Virus record (IMG/VR): IMGVR_UViG_3300020057_000027
Location: 32,001-96,000 of that record
Length of the DNA stretch: 64,000 nt
Source: a virus
Reading direction: 5' to 3' (one strand)
In this document: positions 46,519-57,003 of the stretch, one piece after another
Layout of the letters: each line of letters opens with the position of its first letter
How positions within the stretch are numbered: position 1 is the stretch's first letter
The notes under the pieces: model-generated
The model's input: only the letters and a program-made list of their open reading frames with translations
Database searches by the model: none
What the model was told of the DNA's origin: nothing
Position numbers and translations under genes: made by a program

Positions 46519-47524
46519 AATTACTCGTCCATTATTAGCAGGAAAAGTTGAAGACTTTTCTAAAATTAATTATCCAGTATATGCTACTCCAAAGCTTGAT
46601 GGCATTAGGGTAATGAAAGTTGATGGCCAAACAGTCACAAGAAAATTTAAAGAACTTCCCAATAAATCTGTTAGAGCAAAACTAAACTTTCTATTACCTG
46701 ATGGAATGGATGGTGAAGTGATGACAAGAATTACTAATGTTGTCGGGGATCATTCTGTGATGTTTGAAGAGGGAACTAGAACAGTTACATCTCGTGAAGC
46801 AACATTCAATGAGATCCAATCACAGATAATGTCATTTGATGGTGAGCCTGATTTTATTCTATATCTCTTTGACTATGTTAAAGACTCGCTAGATAAGCCG
46901 TACCTTGAGCGTGTAGCAGACCTTCAGAAGTGGTTTGATGATGTTCTATTGAAAGCTATGGTAGCATCTAAAATCCCAATGGGAGTAACTACAGTAGATC
47001 CAGAAAATTTTAAAGATAAGATTAGACTTATCATTCCAAAACAAATTAATGATGAAGAAGAATTGTTACATTATGAACAAAGATGTTTAAAGCTTGGCTT
47101 TGAAGGTGTAATGATTCGTAAAGGTGATGGAAAATATAAGTGTGGTAGATCTACAGAGAAAGAAAGTATACTATTAAAGCTTAAGAGGTTTGAAGACTCA
47201 GAGGCCGAAGTATTAGGTTTTACCGAAAAGTTGCGTAATGATAATATACAAGAAGAAGATGAGTTTGGACTGTCAAAACGTTCTCATAAAAAAGAAGGTT
47301 TAGTTCCCGCCGATACATTAGGTGCATTAGTTGTTAAAGATATTAAAAGCAGTGTTGAATTTGAAGTTGGCTCAGGTTTTGATGACGCAACCAAAAAAGA
47401 AATATGGACTAACCAATCTAAATACTTAGGTAAGACAATCAAATATAAATTTCAACCTGTTGGAATTAAAGATAAACCAAGATTCCCTGTATTTTTGGGG
47501 TTTCGTCACATAGATGATATATGA
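46508..47524 (+). CDS. 30: ATP-dependent DNA ligase
   Basis: PKLDGIR, DGE, FEGVMIR, LLKLK, VGSGF, PRFPVF. Confidence 0.92.
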   Translation: MTAKITRPLLAGKVEDFSKINYPVYATPKLDGIRVMKVDGQTVTRKFKELPNKSVRAKLNFLLPDGMDGEVMTRITNVVGDHSVMFEEGTRTVTSREATFNEIQSQIMSFDGEPDFILYLFDYVKDSLDKPYLERVADLQKWFDDVLLKAMVASKIPMGVTTVDPENFKDKIRLIIPKQINDEEELLHYEQRCLKLGFEGVMIRKGDGKYKCGRSTEKESILLKLKRFEDSEAEVLGFTEKLRNDNIQEEDEFGLSKRSHKKEGLVPADTLGALVVKDIKSSVEFEVGSGFDDATKKEIWTNQSKYLGKTIKYKFQPVGIKDKPRFPVFLGFRHIDDI

Positions 47525-47946
47525 GTAAAATAGACTTTGAAACTATAGAAAGAACTTGCTGTGCCTGTCCTTCTCAGTGGCAAGGTTATCTTACCGATGG
47601 TAGAATGTTCTATGCCCGTTATCGTTGGGGTAGACTAGCAGTAGAATTCAGTAATAAGCCAGTTAAAGATGTATCAGAACTATTTGATGATTGTACAATT
47701 GTGTATGATAGTGATGATGGAGATGGTTTTGATGGTCTTATGACTGATTGGAAATTTTACGGGATATTATTGAAGAATAATCTATTAGATGCTAATAGTA
47801 TAACACGAGTTACGATCAAATATTTTTCAAGATTTTTTGGTTATCTCGAAGACCGAGCATTTGCTAGAAGTCTCGCAAAAGGTATTAGAAGAATAACAAA
47901 ATACGGATTGTTTGGAGATAAGGCCGATGAAGATAAAAATAAGTGA
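47521..47946 (+). CDS. Hypothetical protein
   Basis: TCCACPSQW...YARYRWG. Confidence 0.6.
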   Translation: MSKIDFETIERTCCACPSQWQGYLTDGRMFYARYRWGRLAVEFSNKPVKDVSELFDDCTIVYDSDDGDGFDGLMTDWKFYGILLKNNLLDANSITRVTIKYFSRFFGYLEDRAFARSLAKGIRRITKYGLFGDKADEDKNK

Positions 47947-48163
47947 ATTCACAAGAACCAATCTTGGTTTTCCTTCCGAATGGAAAGGCAAATGTATTGA
48001 AGGTGTGGCAGTTATTTTAAGTTTTAGACACGGCAAATTAAAAATATTCTACGATGAAAAATTACTTTTAGATACTCATAAAGATGAATGGGATATAAGT
48101 GGATATCTTTCTGATGAGGATTTAATATTTCTGTTAAAAAAGCATGACTTATTATTTGAATAA
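47927..48163 (+). CDS. Hypothetical protein, distant paralogue of the upstream gene
   Basis: RTNLGFPSEWKG...FRHGKL resembles RTCCACPSQWQG...YRWGRL. Confidence 0.5.
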   Translation: MKIKISEFTRTNLGFPSEWKGKCIEGVAVILSFRHGKLKIFYDEKLLLDTHKDEWDISGYLSDEDLIFLLKKHDLLFE

Positions 48164-48179
48164 TGATATAAGTATTATA

Positions 48180-48413
48180 ATGACGTTAAAACTTCACACA
48201 CAAACAAGTTTCTCCCGCGAAATAGAAAGACTCGTGCGAGAGAAAAAAGTTACTTACTTTGATGCAGTATGTGATTACTGTAAAGAGTTTAACATAGAAC
48301 CCGAAACCGTTCCGAAGCTACTCACACAACAAATTAAAGGTCTGATAGAAACAGAAGCTACGGAATTGAATATGATCAATCGTGGACAAAAGAAACCAAA
48401 GATATTAGAATGA
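48180..48413 (+). CDS. 33: gp33 late transcription co-activator
   Basis: FSREIE...YFDAV...IETEATELN; position before gp59. Confidence 0.8.
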   Translation: MTLKLHTQTSFSREIERLVREKKVTYFDAVCDYCKEFNIEPETVPKLLTQQIKGLIETEATELNMINRGQKKPKILE

Positions 48414-49042
48414 TAACAGTGACACCATTTCAAGCATATAAAAAATACGTTGCTTTGAAGCTACATTTTTCGTCTGGTAGTTATGACTATTTCAAATTTA
48501 ATGGAGAGGTAAAAGTATCTGTTGATTCATTTGAGAAAAGAAACGATAAAGCATTTTTCTATAGACTAGCTAAGAAATATAAACCAGAAGAGTTAGAGCA
48601 ATATCTAGTAGCAAATTTCTTAGATGATCCAGATAACTGGATTGGTGATCTAATCACTACAGAAGGTGAAGATGTATTGAAAGCATGGCAGAAGAAAATT
48701 CAATCACTCACATATAATTTCAAACAAGACATTACACACATTAAAGAATTCTCTGATGTATGGCTAGATTCTTTTGATTATGCTTTTGTATCACATAAAG
48801 GATCTCATCCATACGTATTAGATGTAACACTACAAAAAGAAATTTCTATTGAAACTTTTATTATTATGAATAAGATATTAAAGTTTTTCCCTAGATTTGA
48901 TAGAACTATCAAAGAAAAATTAATATGGAACGAATTTAAGAGTTTGTGCTTGAAGTATGAGCCATTCTTAAAGATTGTGGATGAAAACAAATTCAAAGAC
49001 ATAATGAAAGAAATTCTAGTTAATACTGGAAAGCTTACATAA
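48410..49042 (+). CDS. 59: gp59 helicase loader
   Basis: YVALKLHF..YDYFKFNG, FEKRNDK, ISIETF. Confidence 0.88.
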   Translation: MITVTPFQAYKKYVALKLHFSSGSYDYFKFNGEVKVSVDSFEKRNDKAFFYRLAKKYKPEELEQYLVANFLDDPDNWIGDLITTEGEDVLKAWQKKIQSLTYNFKQDITHIKEFSDVWLDSFDYAFVSHKGSHPYVLDVTLQKEISIETFIIMNKILKFFPRFDRTIKEKLIWNEFKSLCLKYEPFLKIVDENKFKDIMKEILVNTGKLT

Positions 49043-49145
49043 AAGTCTTTGTATTATTGTAATGATATGCTACTATAGTGTTAAGGTCAAACATTATAGT
49101 ATATTGATTATTTTGAAAAGACCAATTTGAATATAGGAGAAAAAT

Positions 49146-50069
49146 ATGTCATTTGATGCAATTAAAAAGACGAAGGGCACCTCTGGTCTTTCGGCCATTC
49201 AGCAAAAGCTTGAACAGCTTGGCGGTGAAGGTAAACAAGAGCGACAAAAAGATGAACGTTTCTGGCGCCCGACACAAGGTAAAGATGGTGTTGGTTCAGC
49301 TATTATTCGCTTTCTTCCAGTGAGTGAAGGTGATAGTCAGCCGTGGGTAGAACTAACTGAATATGCTTTTCAGGGTCCAGGCGGTTGGTATATTGAAAAA
49401 GCTTTGACTAGTATTGGTCGTAAAGATCCAGTACAGGATAAGTTTTCTGAATTGTGGCAGACTGGTATTGAGGCGAATCGTGAAAAAGCTAAGAAGCTTA
49501 AGCGTAAGTTTAGTTATGTTTCAAACATTCTTGTTATCAAAGATCCAGGAGCACCTGAAAATGAAGGTAAGGTATTCTTGTATAAGTTTGGTAAGCGAAT
49601 TTTTGATAAGATCCGTAATGCTATGTTTCCTGAACAAGATGAGCTTGACGAACAAAAGAAGGAAGGGATTAACGTATTCTGTCCATGGGAAGGTTCAAAC
49701 TTTAAGCTACGTGTAGCAAAGGTTGATAGTTTTCCTAATTATGATAAGTCAGAATTCGCTACGCCTGCTGCCCTATTGGACGGTGATGATACAAAGATTA
49801 AGAATCTTTGGGAAAGTCAATATAAACTGAGTGATGTTGTAGCACCAGATCAGTTTAAGTCATATGATGCATTGAAAGCTAGACTTGATCGTGTACTTGG
49901 TTTATCGTTGCCGAAGGGTAATGCTGAAACCACACAGAAGAGCGCACCAAAAACTGTTGCGGCTACAGTAGCAGAAGTAACAGAAAGTGAAGAAACTTCA
50001 ACTTCTGAGACTCCCGAAAATGTTGATGATGATATTAGTTATCTTCAGCAATTAGCTAGTGAAGATTAA
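49146..50069 (+). CDS. 32: gp32 ssDNA-binding protein
   Basis: DERFW, IIRFLP, NEGKVFLYKFGKRIFDKI, NYDKSEF, acidic tail. Confidence 0.94.
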   Translation: MSFDAIKKTKGTSGLSAIQQKLEQLGGEGKQERQKDERFWRPTQGKDGVGSAIIRFLPVSEGDSQPWVELTEYAFQGPGGWYIEKALTSIGRKDPVQDKFSELWQTGIEANREKAKKLKRKFSYVSNILVIKDPGAPENEGKVFLYKFGKRIFDKIRNAMFPEQDELDEQKKEGINVFCPWEGSNFKLRVAKVDSFPNYDKSEFATPAALLDGDDTKIKNLWESQYKLSDVVAPDQFKSYDALKARLDRVLGLSLPKGNAETTQKSAPKTVAATVAEVTESEETSTSETPENVDDDISYLQQLASED

Positions 50070-52549
50070 ACACCACAGGCGCCAGTAACACTGCCGCCCA
50101 TAGTGGAGCATTGAATGTTAGTAGCGTTCGGTGCTCCATTATTTCCACCACCTCCGGACATCATATTATTAGTTTGTGGAGCATAAACAACATTTGTTGC
50201 GGCCGCAGCATTTGTTTGATCTACTGATTGTTGTGCTTGTGCTACTTGCGTTAATGTTCCTGAAGACGCAGGTGAGGCAGCACTAGCCAAAGCGGTTGGT
50301 GGAGCCACTGCTGGACCAGATGGGTTAGTATTTCCTACTGCCGTAATACTAGTATCTTGACTTGTTTTTGCGAATCTTTTTTGTCTATCTTCTAAACCAT
50401 TACTGCCGCCGTTAATAACTTTTGTGCTGGCGGTTATATTAGAAAAATCTTTAACTCTTGGTTTAACTCTAGCTTTCCAGAATTCTGTCGCTACTCGTGC
50501 AGCTATCTTTGGGTCTGCTGCCCAATCAGGATTATTTTCAAGATCTAAACCAATTCTACTTCCGAATTCTTTATAGTTTGCTCTTCCTGTTAGTTGTATG
50601 AAACCTCTACCTTTAAATCTAGGTCCATCTCCTGGTTCTGTATTACCTAAATTTTTAATTCTACCTTCATAAGCTCGTCCAGATGCCATTTCTCTTAGTC
50701 TGGTATAACCCATACTTTCATGTGACATTTGTGCCATAAAGGCAGCACGTTCTGTTGGGTCAGTAATTCCTGCCCCATTCATAGCACTGATTAATAATTC
50801 TTTTCCAGTATCACCTGATATTGAAGATGATCCGACTGCTTTGGGAGCACTTTCTGGAGAACCAGGAGCTCCAGAAGTACCTGAACCGCCAGGAAGTGTT
50901 GGTGGTTTTGCTGCGGCCTTTTGATCTATAGTATTAGCTACGGCAAGTGCCTTTGTTCTTTTTACTTGTGATATTTTCTTTTGATTTGCGTATGAACCTT
51001 CTTTAGCTCCTTCAGCATCTCCTACCATTTCATAAGAAAATCTTCCTGTGCCAGTTTTGAATTCTCTATCTAATTCTGCGTCTTGTTTATCAAAATCTTT
51101 ATTTACAGCATCTTTATTATCTTTAGTTAATGAAGCGGAAAGAGGCTCGGTCATTCCTAATACAGCACTTCTTGCTTTATTGACTTGTTCCATTGCAGCG
51201 CCGCGAATACCAAAGTTTTCTGGAAGTAGAGCGACTGCGGAATCTGCCATATCAAAAATAGATTTAAACATCCCATTAATTGTTGACATAAGAAAATCAA
51301 AGATACCAAATAGTCCAGCTTGAAATGGATTTGCTGCTCCCATATCAGGGACGGCATCACCTAGCCAACTATTGACACCATCCATCATAAGACCGAATAA
51401 AGCTCCTACGATAGTTCCACCCAAAGGTAATACTGCCGAGCCTGCTTCAGCTCCCGCTTTTGCGCCTGCTCCTAGATTAGCAATACCATCAATAAGACTT
51501 TTATCTAAACCTTGAATGAATTTTTCTGTGTCACTATCACCAAACTTACCAGTTTTCAAATATGATTGCATTATATCATATGCACCATATAACACAGCAC
51601 CAGCGGCACCTGCCATAAGACCATATTTACCAATCATCATTAGTAAACTACCTTTACCTCCGCTGCCGCCACCCAATAGATCTGATAGACTACCTAGAAT
51701 TCCTTTACCTTGTTTTTTAGTTCCGCCTGAGTCTTTATCTCTTACTAATCCCCTGCCCTCTCTTGATGATTCTACAGAATCAAGAGCATTAAGACTTTTA
51801 TTTGTTGCGTCTTTATCAGCAAACTGAACAAGTTTTTTTACATCATCTGAAATTTCTTCTGTGAATAAGAAGATATCTTGAAGTATATACAATAGACTTC
51901 CATCTGAGTCTAGTCCTCCACCACTACCGCCACCGAAAGGACTTTTTGTGTCTCTCATTAACGGCGAACCATAAGGAGAAAATGGGTCAGATTTATCTTT
52001 ATCTGGTTGTGTATTGGGTCTTAATGCTTCGGCGTCTTCTCTAAGTGTTGCCTTCTTTTGTTCTTCGGCAGCAACTTTTTTCTCTTTGCGTGATTTTAAG
52101 AAATCACCAGCAATTTTTACTCCTAACCCTATTAGTGGGTCGCCGCCTGCTATACCAATTAATAGTGCTCCAACGTCAACGGAACTATCCGAAACAATTT
52201 TTTTAGCTCTAGCGAAAAAAGCTTTTTTACTTGCTAGTTGTGCTTGAATAGCAGTCTGTACTTTATTAATAGAATCTAAAACAATACCTTCTTCGGTTGG
52301 CCCAACTCCTGCTTGTTTGGTGTATTTTCTTAAATTGTTTAATCTAATGTTTCGTTGTTCTAGTTCATCAATAGAAGCTTTGTCTGCTCCAACTAATGTA
52401 GATTGAATAATACGAAAAACATTACGTGAGAAATCTGATTGGGTTTTATTTTCTTCTTCATCTAAGGCGCGATCAATACCATAGAAATTCTTTTCATCTT
52501 TTGATAGATTTTCTTGTATTTCTTTATCAAGTACGTCGTTAAGTGCCAT
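50066..52549 (-). CDS. Baseplate hub/tape-measure (gp29-like) protein with GH19 lysozyme domain
   Basis: Helical Gly/Ala-rich region; AQMSHES...FKGRGFIQLTGRANY...INGGSNGLEDR. Confidence 0.75.
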   Translation of the reverse strand: MALNDVLDKEIQENLSKDEKNFYGIDRALDEEENKTQSDFSRNVFRIIQSTLVGADKASIDELEQRNIRLNNLRKYTKQAGVGPTEEGIVLDSINKVQTAIQAQLASKKAFFARAKKIVSDSSVDVGALLIGIAGGDPLIGLGVKIAGDFLKSRKEKKVAAEEQKKATLREDAEALRPNTQPDKDKSDPFSPYGSPLMRDTKSPFGGGSGGGLDSDGSLLYILQDIFLFTEEISDDVKKLVQFADKDATNKSLNALDSVESSREGRGLVRDKDSGGTKKQGKGILGSLSDLLGGGSGGKGSLLMMIGKYGLMAGAAGAVLYGAYDIMQSYLKTGKFGDSDTEKFIQGLDKSLIDGIANLGAGAKAGAEAGSAVLPLGGTIVGALFGLMMDGVNSWLGDAVPDMGAANPFQAGLFGIFDFLMSTINGMFKSIFDMADSAVALLPENFGIRGAAMEQVNKARSAVLGMTEPLSASLTKDNKDAVNKDFDKQDAELDREFKTGTGRFSYEMVGDAEGAKEGSYANQKKISQVKRTKALAVANTIDQKAAAKPPTLPGGSGTSGAPGSPESAPKAVGSSSISGDTGKELLISAMNGAGITDPTERAAFMAQMSHESMGYTRLREMASGRAYEGRIKNLGNTEPGDGPRFKGRGFIQLTGRANYKEFGSRIGLDLENNPDWAADPKIAARVATEFWKARVKPRVKDFSNITASTKVINGGSNGLEDRQKRFAKTSQDTSITAVGNTNPSGPAVAPPTALASAASPASSGTLTQVAQAQQSVDQTNAAAATNVVYAPQTNNMMSGGGGNNGAPNATNIQCSTMGGSVTGACGV

Positions 52550-52555
52550 TTGTTA

Positions 52556-52867
52556 TTACTCTTCTTCTTTCTTGTTGGCTTTATTAGTGTCTTTCCATTT
52601 ATCATCAAGAGTTGCGAAACCAACATAAGCTCCAATAACTGAACCCATTATAATATAGAACCAAGTTATGATATTATCTAAAACTTTTAATCTTGCCGGC
52701 GGCACTTCAAACAAACACCAATAAGTTACAACTAGAATAGATAGTAGGGAAATATATGCCATTCGTCTACGATGTTTCCAACGATTTGCGGCAAGTATAG
52801 CAATTTTCTTGGCGTGTTCTTTAGCGCCTTCTAAGTTAAATTCTTGTGCTTTATTATCTGCTTCCAT
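52556..52867 (-). CDS. Two-TM membrane protein (holin-like)
   Basis: RWKHRRRMAY followed by two TM helices. Confidence 0.55.
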   Translation of the reverse strand: MEADNKAQEFNLEGAKEHAKKIAILAANRWKHRRRMAYISLLSILVVTYWCLFEVPPARLKVLDNIITWFYIIMGSVIGAYVGFATLDDKWKDTNKANKKEEE

Positions 52868-52871
52868 AAGG

Positions 52872-53057
52872 TTATTTATTGCGCCTTTGTTGAGCCAATT
52901 GCTCTTGTTCCTTAAGGTGCTTAACTAGCAATAACATGTATAGTTCTAACTCGTATGGAATTAGACTCTCAAGTTCAGTCAAACTATACTTATGATGCTG
53001 AACCAAAGAGAATAACGACTGATAGTAATTCTCTAGGCTGTTGTGGCCCAGCGTTAT
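52872..53057 (-). CDS. 51: gp51-like baseplate hub assembly protein with no canonical start at its 5' end
   Basis: Read manually: ..HNSLENYYQSLFSLVQHHKYSLTELESLIPYELELY. Confidence 0.75.
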   Translation of the reverse strand: MTLGHNSLENYYQSLFSLVQHHKYSLTELESLIPYELELYMLLLVKHLKEQEQLAQQRRNK

Positions 53058-53785
53058 CCGAAAAAACTTTCTAACCCCTCAAGAGTATATTCTTGTGTGA
53101 AAGGACATATTCCACACTTAACAGTAATTTTTTGTGATAGCTTTGGCATTGTTCTAAAGAAGTCTTCTATTAATATAAACTGGTCAGAACGTAAGTTTTC
53201 TAAAAACTCTACGCCTTTTTCTGTTGTTACTTCTGATGCTTTGTTGAGCTTTTCATCTTCAAAGACATTTTCAACACATCCCCAAATTACTTTGAAGAGA
53301 TCGTTTAGATCTTTAGAGGCTCGTGCTTTCTCTAATGCGTCAAGCATTTTTGCGTTAGGGTAACGCATAATTAAACCAACATTAGGTGTTAAGAAGATTT
53401 TTTTAGAGTGTCCCTCTTTAGCTTCAATCTTAGCATCTTTAAGATTAATTTCAACTACTCGCGGTTTTGAACATTCAGGACATTCTGTCCCTTGTCTTGG
53501 TAGAAATCTAATCTTTGCTGTCTCACCTATAGAACTAATTCGTAATTGTATTAAGATGTATTCTATATCATACATTTCTAATGTATCAATATTGAAATTA
53601 GAAGTAACAATACAGTTGTTTATGATTTGTTTTGTTGCTCTTACGATATCTTCAGGGTCTCCGCTTTGAAGAGCCATAAGAAGAATTTTTTCTTCTTTGA
53701 CTAAGAACGGTCTAACAAGTATCGTATCTTTTGTTGATGGTACAACAACTTCATATGTTGGTGTGTCTAATTTTGGTAATGCCAT
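53054..53785 (-). CDS. 26: gp26 baseplate hub subunit
   Basis: MALPKLDTPTY, RPFLVKEEKILL, FFRTMPKL, LEGLESFFG. Confidence 0.9.
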   Translation of the reverse strand: MALPKLDTPTYEVVVPSTKDTILVRPFLVKEEKILLMALQSGDPEDIVRATKQIINNCIVTSNFNIDTLEMYDIEYILIQLRISSIGETAKIRFLPRQGTECPECSKPRVVEINLKDAKIEAKEGHSKKIFLTPNVGLIMRYPNAKMLDALEKARASKDLNDLFKVIWGCVENVFEDEKLNKASEVTTEKGVEFLENLRSDQFILIEDFFRTMPKLSQKITVKCGICPFTQEYTLEGLESFFG

Positions 53786-53827
53786 AATAACTCCATGTTT
53801 ATAATACTATAATTTAGGTACAATAAT

Positions 53828-54520
53828 TTAAGCTAATAGTTGTGCTACCAAAGATGTTGCTAGTGGAATATAAGAGCTTAAATCTGGTAATCCAGGTGTA
53901 AGACCGCCTGGAAGTATAGGAGATGAAATAAGGTCTACGGCAGCATTATATTTTCTATAAGCAAACTGTATGTTTAATCTCAAATAATCTTCTGAAGCAT
54001 AACTTAATTCTTGGGCCGCTATTGCTATAGGAAAACATTCTTGTAATTGCCACACTGATAGTAGATTAGCAGCCGAAGACACATCAGCTCCAACACTATC
54101 ATTAAGTTTTACAACTACTATAGTTGAGCAATAATCATCAAAATAATTCATATAATTATTATGTGGGTTGTGGATGTAATTCATCCATACATCAAAGAAA
54201 GTTCTTTCTACCATTGATTTTGTACAAATAAAACCAACATTGAAATCATCATACAATGTACCATATGGCATTTTCATTGTTGAGCCGTACATAGTAAATG
54301 GTGTGGTTGCTATTTGCTTACCAGGAATACTAGCTGTTTCTGCCATCAAGCTCACTTGTGCTGAGCCAGCAACACTTAATACTGTTCCTAAAACACCAAG
54401 AGAACCACCTAATAACATTCCTGGAGGTGGTGATATGAAGCACACATAATGACACGGACGTGATGGCTCGCCTAATTTGTCAAATGAAAATTTTAATGTG
54501 TCGGGTGAAAATAATCCCAT
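53828..54520 (-). CDS. 54: gp54-like baseplate-tail tube initiator (tail tube fold)
   Basis: ASIPG, ERTFFDVWM, FPIAI..QELSY, FAYRKY. Confidence 0.7.
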   Translation of the reverse strand: MGLFSPDTLKFSFDKLGEPSRPCHYVCFISPPPGMLLGGSLGVLGTVLSVAGSAQVSLMAETASIPGKQIATTPFTMYGSTMKMPYGTLYDDFNVGFICTKSMVERTFFDVWMNYIHNPHNNYMNYFDDYCSTIVVVKLNDSVGADVSSAANLLSVWQLQECFPIAIAAQELSYASEDYLRLNIQFAYRKYNAAVDLISSPILPGGLTPGLPDLSSYIPLATSLVAQLLA

Positions 54521-55120
54521 TTAGTATTTGCTCCTTGAATCTTCCCAGATATCTTTTTTTGTTTCGTTCTTAAATCTTTCAGTTGGTAAAAATAATGCCA
54601 TATCCCATTCTTCTGGTGTTACTGGTAGGAAAAAATTACCTATGTTATAATACCTATATCTTTTAATACATGCTTTGTAGAATCTCATTCTTCTTGAGCT
54701 TTGTAGTATATTGTATGTTATATTTATTCGTAAAGTATTATTTCTTGTGTCAGGTGTTTCAAATTTATAGAGCGCATCCATGAAAAATGCTCTATCTACT
54801 GGTCTTAGGTAATGAAAGTTTAGACCTAGAAAACCTCCAGGAACTGGTTTGATTATCAATACTAATGGAAATAGGTCATAATAGGGTAGTTTATCTTTAT
54901 GTTTTGGATTATATTTGAATGAATACATCCAGCCTGGATTAATATGATTTATTGGTGTGTGAGGTATGATTTTTGTGTCTAGCTTCAGTGAAGTATTACC
55001 ATAATAGGTTTGAATCTTCTTTCTATACCATTCTAATGATACTCTGGTTCTTGCTTCAAAGACTTCTTGGTTTAAGTCTTTTTGAAACAGGTCTTTTAAT
55101 ATTTTCGTGTATATAGACAT
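54521..55120 (-). CDS. 2: gp2 DNA end protector
   Basis: LPYYDLFPLV, GLNFHYL, CIKRY, WDMALFLPTERF. Confidence 0.88.
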   Translation of the reverse strand: MSIYTKILKDLFQKDLNQEVFEARTRVSLEWYRKKIQTYYGNTSLKLDTKIIPHTPINHINPGWMYSFKYNPKHKDKLPYYDLFPLVLIIKPVPGGFLGLNFHYLRPVDRAFFMDALYKFETPDTRNNTLRINITYNILQSSRRMRFYKACIKRYRYYNIGNFFLPVTPEEWDMALFLPTERFKNETKKDIWEDSRSKY

Positions 55121-55132
55121 AGTGGTATTTAG

Positions 55133-55579
55133 TTAAGATCCAAGAACTTTAATACCTAAAGCTTTTAGAGTATCTTCTGTCCATACCTGAAACGTTGCGC
55201 TATTCTTATTAGCAAGGGCATCCGCTGCTTTCCATTTAGCTTGGTTCTTTACATATGACATAACTTCAGTGATATATCGTTTAGTTTGACGTTTCGGTTT
55301 TTTGGGTGGTTGTGTGTGTTTCTTAGGTTTTACTTCTATCCATAGTTTTCTACCAGACTCTAATTCTATCTGAAAATCCACAAAGTAACGATGATAGCTT
55401 CCATCAGTCGGACATAAATAAGGTATAATAAGTTCTTCGGAGGACCATGAAACAACTTTTGAATTATTGTCACACCACAACATTACAGATAGTTCCCAAG
55501 ATGAACGATAAACAATCCCAGTATAATCACCATTATACTTGCTTGGGTTTTTGGGTTTAAACTTTCCTTGGTAGGTCAT
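55133..55579 (-). CDS. 4: gp4 head completion nuclease
   Basis: YRSSWEL, WSSEE, HRYFVDF, IEVKP, NQAKWKAA. Confidence 0.9.
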   Translation of the reverse strand: MTYQGKFKPKNPSKYNGDYTGIVYRSSWELSVMLWCDNNSKVVSWSSEELIIPYLCPTDGSYHRYFVDFQIELESGRKLWIEVKPKKHTQPPKKPKRQTKRYITEVMSYVKNQAKWKAADALANKNSATFQVWTEDTLKALGIKVLGS

Positions 55580-55584
55580 AAAAT

Positions 55585-56484
55585 ATGGGATTTGAATCTT
55601 TCTTAAAAGCTATTGGTAAACGAGCTACTGCCTCGGGAACCATCATAGATGCTAATACTAAAGCTAGTCTTGGTGGAACTTCTGCTATATTCCCTTCAGA
55701 CCTATTTACGCCAGCAAATGAAGCGTTTATCCTTTTTGTTAAAAGAGATCCAGTTAATCAAAACGAGATATCAAAAGATACTGATAAAGACTCTCCAGCA
55801 AGAATGGCTTTATACATGCCTCCACAGATGAAAGTTAATTATGGGTCGCAGTGGGAAGAAATACAAATGACCGTATTTCAATATATGGATATGGGTAAAG
55901 AAGGTGCTGCTGGTGCTGAGTTTGTAAAAAATGTAGCAGGCGGAACAGACGCAGGCAGAAAGGCAGCAATGGACGCAGCAATTCAAGCAGTCGGTAGAGG
56001 TTTCACTAATCTATTAGATTTCACTGCTTCAGGTTCTAACTTCGGACAGCAATTTGAACAACTAACCAAAAAGACATTAAATCCCCATATGGCTCTATTG
56101 TTTAAGGGTGTTAGCTTTAGAGAGTTTTCGTTTGATTTTCAAATGATGGCAAGAAATGAAGAAGAAACAGAAGCAATAAGAAAAATTATAAGATCATTCA
56201 AAGCTGGCATGCATCCTAAAATAGAAGATGGTTCTGGAAGATATATGATCTATCCAGATACTTTTGATATATATTTGAAAACGGGCGTTAAAGGAACAAA
56301 CACCGATTCAGAATATCTATTTCAAATTAAAACTGCTGCCCTTACTGGTATGAGTGTTGATTACGCAGGTTCAGGTATTCCTAGTTTTTTTGCTGCCAAT
56401 GGGGCTCCAGTTGATATAAGACTTAGTTTATCATTCAAAGAACTCGGTGTTCTAACTAGAGAAGATGTTCATAAGGGATATTAA
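55585..56484 (+). CDS. 48: gp48 baseplate tail tube cap
   Basis: LYMPP, NPH..LLFKGVSFREFSF, LSFKEL. Confidence 0.82.
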   Translation: MGFESFLKAIGKRATASGTIIDANTKASLGGTSAIFPSDLFTPANEAFILFVKRDPVNQNEISKDTDKDSPARMALYMPPQMKVNYGSQWEEIQMTVFQYMDMGKEGAAGAEFVKNVAGGTDAGRKAAMDAAIQAVGRGFTNLLDFTASGSNFGQQFEQLTKKTLNPHMALLFKGVSFREFSFDFQMMARNEEETEAIRKIIRSFKAGMHPKIEDGSGRYMIYPDTFDIYLKTGVKGTNTDSEYLFQIKTAALTGMSVDYAGSGIPSFFAANGAPVDIRLSLSFKELGVLTREDVHKGY

Positions 56485-57002
56485 TGAAACATTTTGAATT
56501 TTTTCCTAAAATAGATTACAGTAACGAAAAATCTGTGAACATAATGGTTCGCGGAAAGATTAGAGATGCTATATTAGCCAACGTTGCTCTGTATTACAAA
56601 TATACCATAGAAGATTCTGATCGTCCAGATATATTAGCAAACAAATATTATGGCAATAGTAATCATACTTGGGCTATATTCTATGCTAATGAGATATTTG
56701 ATCCTAGATTTGACTGGCCTTTGAATAGCTCACAGTTTTATTCATATATTAAAGCAAAATACGGTTCAGTACAAAAAACACAAAATCTATTAGATGAGCC
56801 ACATCATTACCTTTTAGATGATACCTTCGTAATAGATAAAACAACCTACCTAGATAATAGTATTGAGCAAGCAAGAAAACAGAAGATTAGTGTATATCAA
56901 CACGAATGGAATCTTAATGAAGCGAAAAGAGATATTAAAATAGTTGATGTGGTATACTTAAGACAATTAACTAATGAATTAGAAAATTTGTTTAAGAGTT
57001 AA
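56484..57002 (+). CDS. 53: gp53 baseplate wedge subunit
   Basis: DRPDILANKYYG..W.I..N...DWPL, NEAKRDIK. Confidence 0.88.
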   Translation: MKHFEFFPKIDYSNEKSVNIMVRGKIRDAILANVALYYKYTIEDSDRPDILANKYYGNSNHTWAIFYANEIFDPRFDWPLNSSQFYSYIKAKYGSVQKTQNLLDEPHHYLLDDTFVIDKTTYLDNSIEQARKQKISVYQHEWNLNEAKRDIKIVDVVYLRQLTNELENLFKS

Positions 57003-57003
57003 T

